Positions 19,518 through 28,271 of a stretch of 64,000 nt of DNA are shown here, piece by piece; position 1 is the first letter of the stretch; each line of letters starts with the position of its first letter. Location: IMG/VR virus record IMGVR_UViG_3300049617_000144, positions 6,562 through 70,561 of that record; one strand, written 5' to 3'. Below the pieces are notes generated by a model. It made no database searches and was not told where the DNA came from. It saw only the letters and a program-made list of their open reading frames with translations. The position numbers were made by a program, and so were the translations under genes. Source of the DNA: a virus.

Positions 19518-19880
19518 TCATTCAGGAGATTTTTTTGAGTTCATAGAAATGACATTAGTCATAGCGGTAGGACCGGCTTGCCACGGCGTTATCATATGAG
19601 GCTCAACAGGCTTAGGATTGGACTGATTCGATTCGGCTTCTAATGCCTTCAACACTTCCATATTATGAAGCAGTTGTTTTTTGATTTCTTCTTCCTTGAT
19701 AGCCTTGGCTGTAAGAAACTCTGCACGGTTAATAGGCTTTCGCTTTGGATTAAGCATTTGCTCGCCGAGCAGTATTTGCCTTTTTTCTTTTTCTTTAGCC
19801 CGCAAACTCATGCGTTTTTCAAGGATCTTCTTCTTAACCTGTCGTTCACGATCTTTCTTCTTTTGAAATTTCTTATCCAT
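19518..19880 (-). CDS. Basic hypothetical protein
   Basis: 120 aa Lys-rich ORF coupled to the upstream gene. Confidence 0.55.
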   Translation of the reverse strand: MDKKFQKKKDRERQVKKKILEKRMSLRAKEKEKRQILLGEQMLNPKRKPINRAEFLTAKAIKEEEIKKQLLHNMEVLKALEAESNQSNPKPVEPHMITPWQAGPTAMTNVISMNSKKSPE

Positions 19881-21040
19881 TATCCTCTCCTTAGTTTTCT
19901 AACATCCGGGACATCCCCGTAATCTAAGTCTATATCATCTGGTGGATTAATTGGCACTGGAGAATTTACTTTTCTTCCTTTTGGAGCCCTTCCCTTTGGT
20001 CGTGGATTGCTCTCTTCATTTATCTCAGCGGTTTTTCTTTCAGACCTAGCAACAATAGCCATCATATCTTCATCTACTCCAGCCAAGGAATTCTTAGATT
20101 TTGATCGGGCACGTACATCAAGCATTTCCATAGGTTGCCCGCCAGCATCATCTCCTAATGCCATTCCACCTTGCATAGCCGCTTGCCGTAGTGCTTTAGC
20201 TCGCTGCATGGCAATATTCTCTGGGCTCCTGGAAGTAGCGGCTCGCTGGGCGGCAGCTATAGCTTTTGGCCCGCCCTTCTTAAGCTTGTTAAGATCAGGC
20301 ATAGAATCATAACCAGCATCATCGTATAACAACTTAGCCCTTGTTTGTGGTCTTACAGCGGCTGCATAAGTTTCTTCGCCATCACCATCAACAAGCCTTA
20401 CTGTGGATTTCAAGAAATACTTACTGTCTACTTCTACTGTTCTTTCTGCATCATCTTGCATGGTGTACACAGAACTGCCAAGAATACGGCCTGGTCTTTC
20501 AGAGAAAACTGGATATTTTTTGCCCTCTGAAAATTGCAATCTCTTTTGTTTAATCTCTAGCAACATAGGAAGGTCGCTATCCAAAACCACTTCCTTGACT
20601 ACTCGACGATTTCCACTTGTTGGGCTATGTGCATGAATATTCACCTCTGGAGCAAGATGCTCATGTGGTTGAGCCCAAGGAGGCAATGGTGCCGCACCAG
20701 GAGGTGTACCACCCGAAGGACCAGCGTAAGGAGCAGCAGCAATCTCCTCGGCAGCGGCTACCGTAATAGTTCCATCAAGATTGAACTTTTTGTTCTTGAT
20801 GATGAAACCACCCTTAGTTTCCTTGCAACTTATTTTTGCCTTTTTGAATTCAAAAATTTCCCAGTCAACTACCCATATGTCACGCCGAGCTAACAAGCCC
20901 ATTAAACTTGAAGCAAGCTTCTCAATAGTCGTATCTTCATATGCATCGCCAACTTTACAAGTCTTTTCTAACATCTCTTCTTTGTTAAAATTGCCATCAT
21001 CCAACTTCTCGTTAAAGTGATATCTTATTTCGAATCCCAT
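19880..21040 (-). CDS. Hypothetical protein with low-complexity segments
   Basis: 386 aa ORF with SD AAAGGA. Confidence 0.7.
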   Translation of the reverse strand: MGFEIRYHFNEKLDDGNFNKEEMLEKTCKVGDAYEDTTIEKLASSLMGLLARRDIWVVDWEIFEFKKAKISCKETKGGFIIKNKKFNLDGTITVAAAEEIAAAPYAGPSGGTPPGAAPLPPWAQPHEHLAPEVNIHAHSPTSGNRRVVKEVVLDSDLPMLLEIKQKRLQFSEGKKYPVFSERPGRILGSSVYTMQDDAERTVEVDSKYFLKSTVRLVDGDGEETYAAAVRPQTRAKLLYDDAGYDSMPDLNKLKKGGPKAIAAAQRAATSRSPENIAMQRAKALRQAAMQGGMALGDDAGGQPMEMLDVRARSKSKNSLAGVDEDMMAIVARSERKTAEINEESNPRPKGRAPKGRKVNSPVPINPPDDIDLDYGDVPDVRKLRRG

Positions 21041-21159
21041 GATTTTTCCTTTGTACTTTCTCTAATAGGAGTAGCTGGCTGTCTCTATTGTCATGTCTCA
21101 AAAGCAATTTGAGACAGCCAGTCCTATCTATTTATTAACTTTCACACGACTTTTTCAAA

Positions 21160-21780
21160 TTACTTTTTAACAAGACCGACACCGTATCGAGTGTTGACAA
21201 CGATGGAAGTCCTATTATTTCCTTTGCAAAAATCATGGTATGCATCCCAACTTGGCTTGTGATTATTGATATAATCCATTGCTATGATGCCATTTAAGCT
21301 CATGTGAGACCAGCAAACATCAAGAATTGATCTGTAAGTATCGTAGTTAAACTCGTCGTCAATAATGACCATATCCCAATTCGTCATGGTCAACAAACGC
21401 CTCGTCTCTTCATCATGGATGCCGCCTACATGAAGCCACATATCGTTTTTGTAGTGGTCCCTTACATTCCTGCGGCCAAGATTAGGCGAGTAAAATTCCT
21501 CAATTCTTTGTTGAAAACCGACAAATTTTTTTACCGTTTTGCAACCTTTCAAAAAACAGGCACTGCATAGTCCAAGACGAAACCCAACTTCTACAAAATT
21601 CTCTGGGCAAACCAAGGTTCCTAACCAATAGTAAAAGGGAATGTAACGAGGGTCTGTGTAGGAATTGGTTTTCCTCGACTCCTCATCAATGACCCGCAAA
21701 CGATCCAAAAATATTCCAGATGGATATTGCTTGTCAAGTTTTTTCTCAATTTTACTTTTGAGTTCCTGTAAATCATCCAT
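21160..21780 (-). CDS. Class I SAM-dependent methyltransferase-like protein
   Basis: FVEVGFRLGLCS motif I; DMVIIDD; GIIAMD; probable start MDDLQ. Confidence 0.65.
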   Translation of the reverse strand: MDDLQELKSKIEKKLDKQYPSGIFLDRLRVIDEESRKTNSYTDPRYIPFYYWLGTLVCPENFVEVGFRLGLCSACFLKGCKTVKKFVGFQQRIEEFYSPNLGRRNVRDHYKNDMWLHVGGIHDEETRRLLTMTNWDMVIIDDEFNYDTYRSILDVCWSHMSLNGIIAMDYINNHKPSWDAYHDFCKGNNRTSIVVNTRYGVGLVKK

Positions 21781-21810
21781 TGGGCCTGCTATAAGATAGT
21801 GTTGAAATGA

Positions 21811-21849
21811 AAAGACCTTCATGAAAACAATTCATGAAGGTCTTTTTTT
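21811..21849. terminator. Intrinsic terminator
   Basis: AAAGACCTTCATGAA-aacaa-TTCATGAAGGTCTTTTTT. Confidence 0.8.
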
Positions 21850-21858
21850 GAGGAGATT

Positions 21859-21996
21859 GTGTCTCCATTTTGGGTTGACCTGTCTCCTGGCCTAAGACCA
21901 TCCGAGACCCATGAAAGTCATTACCCAGCATAACCGGAATTTACACCATCCTCATGGGCAGATGTAGACCCGATTGGTTATGCAACAGGGATACAC
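21859..21996 (-). ncRNA. Candidate structured ncRNA (~140 nt, three-way junction)
   Basis: Intergenic. Closing stem GTGTATCC/GGAGACAC; arm 1 GCATAACC/GGTTATGC; arm 2 TGGGT/ACCCA, TGAC/GTCA, GTCTC/GAGAC. CTAGATA upstream, terminator downstream. Confidence 0.5.
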
Positions 21997-22155
21997 TATC
22001 TAGTTTTCGCAATCTTTTTCTCACCTGAAAAAAAGTTCAGTGCCTGAAATTAGCCAAGTTCGGCTGCGTCGATAGGCGACTTCTCCAGATTGCTCTTGAA
22101 TTTCTTGGCTGCCTTCATGAAAGTATTGAAGACATCCTCCTAGTTAAATACCTAC

Positions 22156-22818
22156 TTAACCTCGACCTGGAATTGTCGCCGTGAACCATTCAGGCGGCAC
22201 TAAAAGAAGATTCGTATTACTTTTTTCAAACATCCAGCGAGATGAATAAGGACTGTAATCACCGCCCTCATCGGCATCAGCAGGCACAACAGCCACAACT
22301 GTATGAAGTCCGGCTTCCAGAATAATCTTTGTGCAGTCGATACAAGGCACCCCACATGCACAAATCATCCAGCAATCAAACAACGGCCTTCTTGCTTTGG
22401 TTACGGCATCTGTCTCACCGTGAATACAGGTACAAAGCTCTAACCTCTGCCCGCTCGGGGCACCTATGATCCTTCGTGGACAAATGCCACAATGAGAATA
22501 ATCTTTGACGAATTTATCTCTTAGTTCTGGTGCGTATCCACCACCCTTCATCGCAACCATCAATTCATGTGTGCTGAGTTGTGGCACAACTACCTTCTCT
22601 AGGTAATCAGGGTCGTCACATACAGGTAAATTCACAGGAGGACCATTATGTCCAACGGAAACTACATCATCATGCACTGGGTCTACAATAATGACGCCAA
22701 TGCTTCTTGATAAGCAGGGTTTTTCATTCTCTTTGGCAAAGACTGCCATTCTCATCCACTTTTGGAGATTTTTGGCACCTTCTGGAGTCATTGGTTGATT
22801 TTCTATTTTCGTTATCAT
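22156..22818 (-). CDS. dCMP deaminase
   Basis: PCLSR..G..I, GHNGPP, IHGETDA, PCIDC. Confidence 0.88.
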   Translation of the reverse strand: MITKIENQPMTPEGAKNLQKWMRMAVFAKENEKPCLSRSIGVIIVDPVHDDVVSVGHNGPPVNLPVCDDPDYLEKVVVPQLSTHELMVAMKGGGYAPELRDKFVKDYSHCGICPRRIIGAPSGQRLELCTCIHGETDAVTKARRPLFDCWMICACGVPCIDCTKIILEAGLHTVVAVVPADADEGGDYSPYSSRWMFEKSNTNLLLVPPEWFTATIPGRG

Positions 22819-23010
22819 TCAGCACTCCTTTGCTTATGATTACCTCAGCTTGAGTTTCAAGCCACACGACTGCTCCACATGAAAGCGGTTTGTCTGGACT
22901 ATAAACTACTTTGCAAGGCCCTTTGATTTCCACTTCATGAGCATAGACATTACTTTTATATGTCTTAATTGTCAATGGAGGATTCCGCTTGCCGGTTTTG
23001 CGGTTTATCT
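22818..23010 (-). pseudogene. 5'-truncated hypothetical gene (…NRKTGKRNPPLTIKTYKSN…) abutting an IS-end remnant
   Basis: The reading frame runs into the palindromic element at 23011 without a good start codon or SD. Confidence 0.4.
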
Positions 23011-23147
23011 CTGGGCGGCGGGAAAACCTCTACCATCTCTCTGAATAGAGAGATGGCTGGTTGCAAAGCGAGCGACCGAAGGGAGCGAGACTGCAACCAG
23101 CCCTTTAGGGTAGAGGATGAGAGCCGCCCTTAGTGGGGGTAGTTCAC
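23011..23147. mobile_element. Miniature palindromic IS200/IS605-end-derived element
   Basis: Nested inverted repeats GGGCGGC/GCCGCCC, CCTCTACC/GGTAGAGG, GGCTGGTTGCA/TGCAACCAGCC; terminates in GGGGTAGTTCAC. Confidence 0.55.
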
Positions 23148-23340
23148 GATTTAACAAACGTCAGTTGCATAGCCATGAACATCATATTCTTCTTCTGCCG
23201 GATATATCAAGGCAGAATTAGCTTGTTTTTCAACAAATGCTTCCTTGGCTATTGTAAGTTGTTCAATCAGTTGATCCACCTCTCTTGGGTTTAAGGAAAT
23301 CCTAAACTCAGAATTCATGGCCATATCAGAACTAAAAGGG

Positions 23341-24663
23341 TTTGGGACAGTTGAACCGAAATCTGGAGAAATCTAGGGATACCTCAAGAAAAATCTTGCC
23401 AAATCCGTGATTTTGCTTCAGAAAAACAGGACTAACCCTGCTATATAAGGATATGCTACTCGTTGAGCGACACCAAATACACGGAACTCCTGAAATTGTC
23501 CGACTCTGCACACTCAGCAAGGAACTGTACAACAAGTGCAACTTCCTGATGAGGAGAGCATGGTTCGGCAGTACAATGCTACCCAACATCAACACCCTCA
23601 TCGCTGCTGTCAAAACCGAGGACTGCTTTCGTAACCTGCACAACACCAAGACGGCAAAGCAAACTATCCGTAAGTGTTTGACTGATTGGACGAATTTCAA
23701 GAAGGCACTCAATGCCTACAAGAAAGACCCGAGCAAGTTCCTTCGGTGTCCCAAACCGCCGTACTACAAAGACAAACTGGCTCAGGTCATCTTCTACAAC
23801 GAAACCATCAAGGGAGGACAATCCAAGAAGAACCAGAAACTCATGACCATCACGCCGAGTAACAACTGCTTCGGCATCAAAAGCGTCAGAGACTACAAGC
23901 AAGTGGTCATCACGCCCAAGACTTTTGGCTTTGTGGTGGACGTACAGTACGAGCGTGAAATCAAGAAAGAGAAAGTCAGCAAAGACAACGTATGTTGTAT
24001 CGACATTGGCGTAAATAATTTGGCTACGATAACCTCCGGTCAACTCGGTCATCCGATATTGGTCAACGGTCGTATCCTCAAGAGCGTCAACAGGTTGTAC
24101 AACAAGTACCCCAACAAGAGGACGAGCAGGAAGCGATACTTCCAGATTGAAAACTACTTCCACCATGCCAGCAAGTTCATCGTGGACCTGTGTGTCAAGC
24201 ACGGCATCGGTTGCATCATCGTGGGCAAGAACGATGGCTGGAAACAAGAAGTCAAGATGCAGAAGGAACAGAAGCAAAACTTCCAGTACATTCCATTCTG
24301 GCGGTTCATTGAGAAAGTCAAGTACAAGGCAACATTGGCTGGTATCGTCGTAGACTTCACCGAAGAGGCATATACCAGCAAGGCGAGTTTTCTTGACCAT
24401 GACGAACTGCCTGTTTGGGATGCCAAGCCGCCACACTTGTCGGGTAAGAGGATCAAGGGAATATACAAGACATTCCGCCCTATTCATGCTGACGTGAATG
24501 GAAGCCTGAACATCGGGCGAAAAGTAATCGGGGATAAAGTCTACGAGACTTTCCCTGATAGGAGCATTGCCGCAATGCCAGTACGAGTAAAGTTTTCAGC
24601 GTATAACGGCTGAAAACGGGTTGGTTTCGTCAAACCCAGATTTCCCTAGATTTCTGGGAACGG
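23341..24663 (+). mobile_element. Non-autonomous IS607-type TnpB element, copy 2
   Basis: Left AGGG|TTTGGGACAGTTG, right GGAACGG|T; precise excision restores the host ORF. Confidence 0.88.
23453..24613 (+). CDS. tnpB: TnpB
   Basis: CIDIG, GKNDGWKQ, TEEAYTS, HADVNG; paralog of copies 1 and 3. Confidence 0.9.
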   Translation: MLLVERHQIHGTPEIVRLCTLSKELYNKCNFLMRRAWFGSTMLPNINTLIAAVKTEDCFRNLHNTKTAKQTIRKCLTDWTNFKKALNAYKKDPSKFLRCPKPPYYKDKLAQVIFYNETIKGGQSKKNQKLMTITPSNNCFGIKSVRDYKQVVITPKTFGFVVDVQYEREIKKEKVSKDNVCCIDIGVNNLATITSGQLGHPILVNGRILKSVNRLYNKYPNKRTSRKRYFQIENYFHHASKFIVDLCVKHGIGCIIVGKNDGWKQEVKMQKEQKQNFQYIPFWRFIEKVKYKATLAGIVVDFTEEAYTSKASFLDHDELPVWDAKPPHLSGKRIKGIYKTFRPIHADVNGSLNIGRKVIGDKVYETFPDRSIAAMPVRVKFSAYNG

Positions 24664-24869
24664 TTCTTGCCAACAGTGGCGGTTATTTGTATTGTTCTCC
24701 AGGCTGGACAATGAACGTATAAACTACCATTTTCAACATGAAAAGACTTATGATCTGTATGATACTTTGCAAATGCTGACATATATCTCCTTTGCTAACA
24801 AAATTCATTTACCAATTTTTCTCTAAAAATTCCGTTTCAACTTCCTGACGCCATCCTATTCCACCTAAA

Positions 24870-25691
24870 TTAAGCATTGTTGTAGTCAGGATGTTCTTTG
24901 TAACTTGCCTCGAAAACAGAAAAATTGTTCTTCTTTTCTAAGGCTTCTGTATACTTTTCATAAAACCATTTCCCTCTGCTTTTTTTACCGTTTGGTGTAG
25001 CTACGACAATACAATTCCCCCCGCAAGAAAGTTGTGGCCACATACATTTCCACCATTTATCCATGTCTTCGATAAAAGCGGCCTCATCTATGAAAAGATG
25101 ACTTATTGCCATTCCACAAGTCGCCTCTGGTACAACAAAACGTATTCTACTGCCAGTATCTCCAAATTCTTTCAAATGGTCATTGCATCGAGTCATCCTT
25201 GGATGCAACCATTGCGGCAATTGTGCAATCATCCTTTGAACAATATCGCCAATAGCAATTGCTTCTCTGTCCGTTTTACTCAACACGACAATTTGTTGAT
25301 TCGGCTTAAACATAGCAAGCCATAGCAAATATGCTACCGTATAAGTTGTGAAGGCCCCTTGTCGAAACTTCTTGACAATAGAAAAACGATTGTTTTGATA
25401 ATGCTCAACAAGCCTCTTATGATACGGATACACATCCAAATGTATCAAACCACGGGTCGGATGCCAAACCTTCAGATGCTTGGCGAAGCAAAAAAAGTCT
25501 TTGGCACAGTCAAGGTATTCTGGCTTTCTTTCACCAAGATCTACTTCTTCTTCAGCTTCCTCTAACCTATCTTTGATCTTACTCAAGAACTTTTCGATGA
25601 CTTTGTTTACCCCGTAAGTTTCATTGAGAATATCATATAAACGTTTCCAAGATGCAGCGTCTTGTGTGTACGTCAACTTCATTAATTTCAC
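24870..25691 (-). CDS. Terminase large subunit ATPase-like domain without a nuclease domain
   Basis: YPYH, KFRQGAFTT Walker A variant, LFIDEAAF Walker B, ATPNG motif III; only 273 aa. Confidence 0.8.
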   Translation of the reverse strand: MKLMKLTYTQDAASWKRLYDILNETYGVNKVIEKFLSKIKDRLEEAEEEVDLGERKPEYLDCAKDFFCFAKHLKVWHPTRGLIHLDVYPYHKRLVEHYQNNRFSIVKKFRQGAFTTYTVAYLLWLAMFKPNQQIVVLSKTDREAIAIGDIVQRMIAQLPQWLHPRMTRCNDHLKEFGDTGSRIRFVVPEATCGMAISHLFIDEAAFIEDMDKWWKCMWPQLSCGGNCIVVATPNGKKSRGKWFYEKYTEALEKKNNFSVFEASYKEHPDYNNA

Positions 25692-25897
25692 TTTTCTCCT
25701 ATTAGTTTTTTCAATTCTTCATTTGCTTCTAAGGCGTCACGATATTCACAGGCCAAAACATTGTATATGTTCTCTCCATGCATAGAAAGAGCCAGGAACA
25801 TCTCGTTGTCAAGAGTCATTTTGGTCTTAAATTCAATTTCAATGAAAGGACAAAAATTGTCTGGATTCAATATCGGCTTAGAAACTTTCAATTCCAT
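25688..25897 (-). CDS. Hypothetical protein
   Basis: 69 aa ORF in operon. Confidence 0.5.
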   Translation of the reverse strand: MELKVSKPILNPDNFCPFIEIEFKTKMTLDNEMFLALSMHGENIYNVLACEYRDALEANEELKKLIGEK

Positions 25898-25898
25898 G

Positions 25899-26174
25899 TT
25901 ACCATCCGTATTTAGCCATCATAATCTCATCTTCTTTCATGATTTCAAAAGCAGTCTCAACATCAAAACTGTCCCATTTCTGGCAATGTCCTTCCGTCCA
26001 CGTTTCCTGTTGATACATATCTGATTCTGGATTATTGCACGGACCTGGATTCCAACGAGGTTGATTACCGAACGATCCATCACCATTACCTTTATCGGTG
26101 CCTTGCCAGAAACGACAACTCCTGCACTTGCCCCACCAGTCCGAGTGAATTCGCTTGCTTTCTTCTTTATTCAT
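25899..26174 (-). CDS. Cys-rich hypothetical protein
   Basis: CRSCRFW...C...C..W. Confidence 0.55.
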   Translation of the reverse strand: MNKEESKRIHSDWWGKCRSCRFWQGTDKGNGDGSFGNQPRWNPGPCNNPESDMYQQETWTEGHCQKWDSFDVETAFEIMKEDEIMMAKYGW

Positions 26175-26199
26175 GTTTCAACGCTCTCTTCAAAACATT

Positions 26200-26234
26200 G
26201 TGAACTACCCCTGCCCTAGGAATACAGATGCTTC
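26200..26234. mobile_element. Degenerate IS200/IS605 end remnant
   Basis: GTGAACTACCCC...GCTTC; same terminus as the element at 23011-23147. Confidence 0.35.
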
Positions 26235-26559
26235 ACTTGTCCTCTGCCTTGACAAGCGAATGACCCTTTAGCCATTCTGTATGACCGTCTTGGAACTTAC
26301 AGTTATATTCAAAAGGAAAGAAATCATCCCTGCAAAAAATCCCTACATCAATAAGTTCAAACTCCTCGAATTCTCTACAATATGATGGATGTAAGCACAT
26401 CCTTTCTCCTTTTTTGTAAGGAGACTCGGACCAAAGTAACTCTTTGAACCTTTCTGCCTTCAACTTGTTTTCGTTTGTCTCAATCACTTCGTATGCTCCT
26501 AATATCGTGGCTCTTGTTCCTTCTCGCATGGCAAGATATTCTTTGAATGATGTAATCAT
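26233..26559 (-). CDS. Hypothetical protein with capsid-targeting-like N-terminus
   Basis: MITSFKEYLAMRE; TAAATA 4 nt upstream of ATG. Confidence 0.6.
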   Translation of the reverse strand: MITSFKEYLAMREGTRATILGAYEVIETNENKLKAERFKELLWSESPYKKGERMCLHPSYCREFEEFELIDVGIFCRDDFFPFEYNCKFQDGHTEWLKGHSLVKAEDK

Positions 26560-26662
26560 GCAGTATTTACTGTTTCATCCATCAATTCTGCTGCCTCCTC
26601 AAATGGATCAACTTCCTCATCATCTGCCTCTGACACTGCTTCTCCAACTTGAAGCGTTTCTG

Positions 26663-27265
26663 CTAGTTTCTTCTTGTTTTTGCTGCCCTTTGGACGACCA
26701 CCACGCTTGCCAGCCGTGCCGAGAAACATGTAAACAAGCTCAACACGTCCTGCACTAGCTCCTCATTGTCATCCTTGGTTGCTTTCTCATCCAAAAACTC
26801 TACCGTGCATCCCAATCCCTTGAAGAACCGCATCAAGAACTTGAAACCATAACGAGCCAGCCTGTCCTTGTACTCCACGACGATGTGGTTTACTTCCTTC
26901 TTGAGAACCGCATCAATCAGTTTGTGCAGTTTCGGGCGGTTATCGTTGAGTCCAGACCCAATCTCGGAGTATTCTTTTACTTCTCCGTAACCTTTGTCCT
27001 GACAGTGCTTTTTGAGCCGTTCTACCTGTCGCTCAAGGTTCTCTTTTTGTTTGGCGGTACTGCATCTGGCGTAGTAGGCATACCGCTTGAGTTCTTTTAC
27101 TTCACCTATCTGGAGCAGTCCTTGAATATCATCTTCCAGCCATCTCCGATGCCCTCCAGCCGTTCTTTTTGGTTGAAGTTTGCCGTCTCGTTCCCATTTC
27201 AGGAGTGTATCATGGTGTACACGGTACTTTTCCCCTATTTCGTTTGCTTTCAGTAACATTGCCAT
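26663..27265 (-). CDS. tnpA: IS607-family serine recombinase TnpA (MerR-HTH plus resolvase), frameshifted near the C-terminus
   Basis: TLLKWERDGKL..RTAGGHRR; YYARCST; EIGSGLN.NR; VEYKDRLARYG; ELVQD...FSARL. Confidence 0.9.
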   Translation of the reverse strand: MAMLLKANEIGEKYRVHHDTLLKWERDGKLQPKRTAGGHRRWLEDDIQGLLQIGEVKELKRYAYYARCSTAKQKENLERQVERLKKHCQDKGYGEVKEYSEIGSGLNDNRPKLHKLIDAVLKKEVNHIVVEYKDRLARYGFKFLMRFFKGLGCTVEFLDEKATKDDNEELVQDVLSLFTCFSARLASVVVVQRAAKTRRN

Positions 27266-27502
27266 TCACCAATTCATTCTGGATATTGGTGAGCCACTTC
27301 ACAAAGTCTTCACGGTTTGGCGTTTCCTCCCACGGTTGGTCAAATTCCATGCGTTCACCGTTTACAACGGCATATTCTTTGGTCAGTTCGCTCACTTCTA
27401 CCTTTATCATAGTATTCATCGTCATTTCCTTTCAAAAACTTTAGGCGATTTTCATGGATTTTCTGGTTTTATCATTGGTTTAGTGAAAACTGCTAATCCT
27501 CC

Positions 27503-27982
27503 TTAGTTAGATTTAACGATTTCGTTTACACGTCTTTCCAAATCACTTTGCTCCATCATAATGTCAACCCTAAGCTTGTCCATTTCTTTCCTCAAGAAAT
27601 GACCACGGGATTGAGCATTTTCATGGGCTCGGTCCCACGAACGTAAATGCTGCTGTAACAGCCTTACTTTGTGTTTTGACGCAATGAAAGCCAAGTTTGC
27701 CTTCTCTACGTCTTCATCTGCCCGAGCCGATTGTTCAGCCATTTTGTCTGATTTGCCCTGATCTTTCCACTCCTTGAACCTTTCGGCAAACATGACATCA
27801 TGATGACTTTCCAGGCGTTGCATAACGTATTCGGCATCAGCCAAAGCCCAGCCAAAGTAATCATAATAGGCCGCTTCGGTCTCCAAGAAATTACTTAGAG
27901 TAACCTCATTGAATTTCATGTTCTCAGGATCAAGAACAATCTGCTTGTCACCTATTTCAATTACTCTTTTTTCATCAAGCAT
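27503..27982 (-). CDS. UvsY-like recombination mediator
   Basis: Helical 159 aa protein near the helicase; size and pattern resemble UvsY. Confidence 0.55.
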   Translation of the reverse strand: MLDEKRVIEIGDKQIVLDPENMKFNEVTLSNFLETEAAYYDYFGWALADAEYVMQRLESHHDVMFAERFKEWKDQGKSDKMAEQSARADEDVEKANLAFIASKHKVRLLQQHLRSWDRAHENAQSRGHFLRKEMDKLRVDIMMEQSDLERRVNEIVKSN

Positions 27983-27990
27983 AGCATCCC

Positions 27991-28188
27991 CTATTCGATA
28001 ATGACGACCTTACGCTTACCATATTCGTCATCTTGTGTTAGCCATTCTCCACAAGTCCTCGCTCTCACCTGTTTGACCTTACCGACTTGAACCAGTGCGG
28101 CAGTGCCGTAGCTAGGATGCTCTCGAACTACATGAGCGTCCTGATCAAACTTAGAAAGATTCTCGATAAGCTGTTTTACGGTAAGCAT
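27991..28188 (-). CDS. Hypothetical phage protein
   Basis: MLTVKQLIENLSKFD, a common phage small-protein start. Confidence 0.6.
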   Translation of the reverse strand: MLTVKQLIENLSKFDQDAHVVREHPSYGTAALVQVGKVKQVRARTCGEWLTQDDEYGKRKVVIIE

Positions 28189-28271
28189 AATCGGTCTCCC
28201 TTATTGTAAGGATAGTAAAGCACGAACACAAAAAACGATGATAACAACAATGAGCGATTAAGCAATACGAA

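Larger units (their letters stand above)
23151..24782 (-). pseudogene. 102 aa hypothetical gene split by TnpB element copy 2
   Basis: Removing 23341-24663 restores ORF MSAFAKYH...VGKN|PFSSDMAM...ATDVC* with SD AAAGGAG. Confidence 0.75.
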
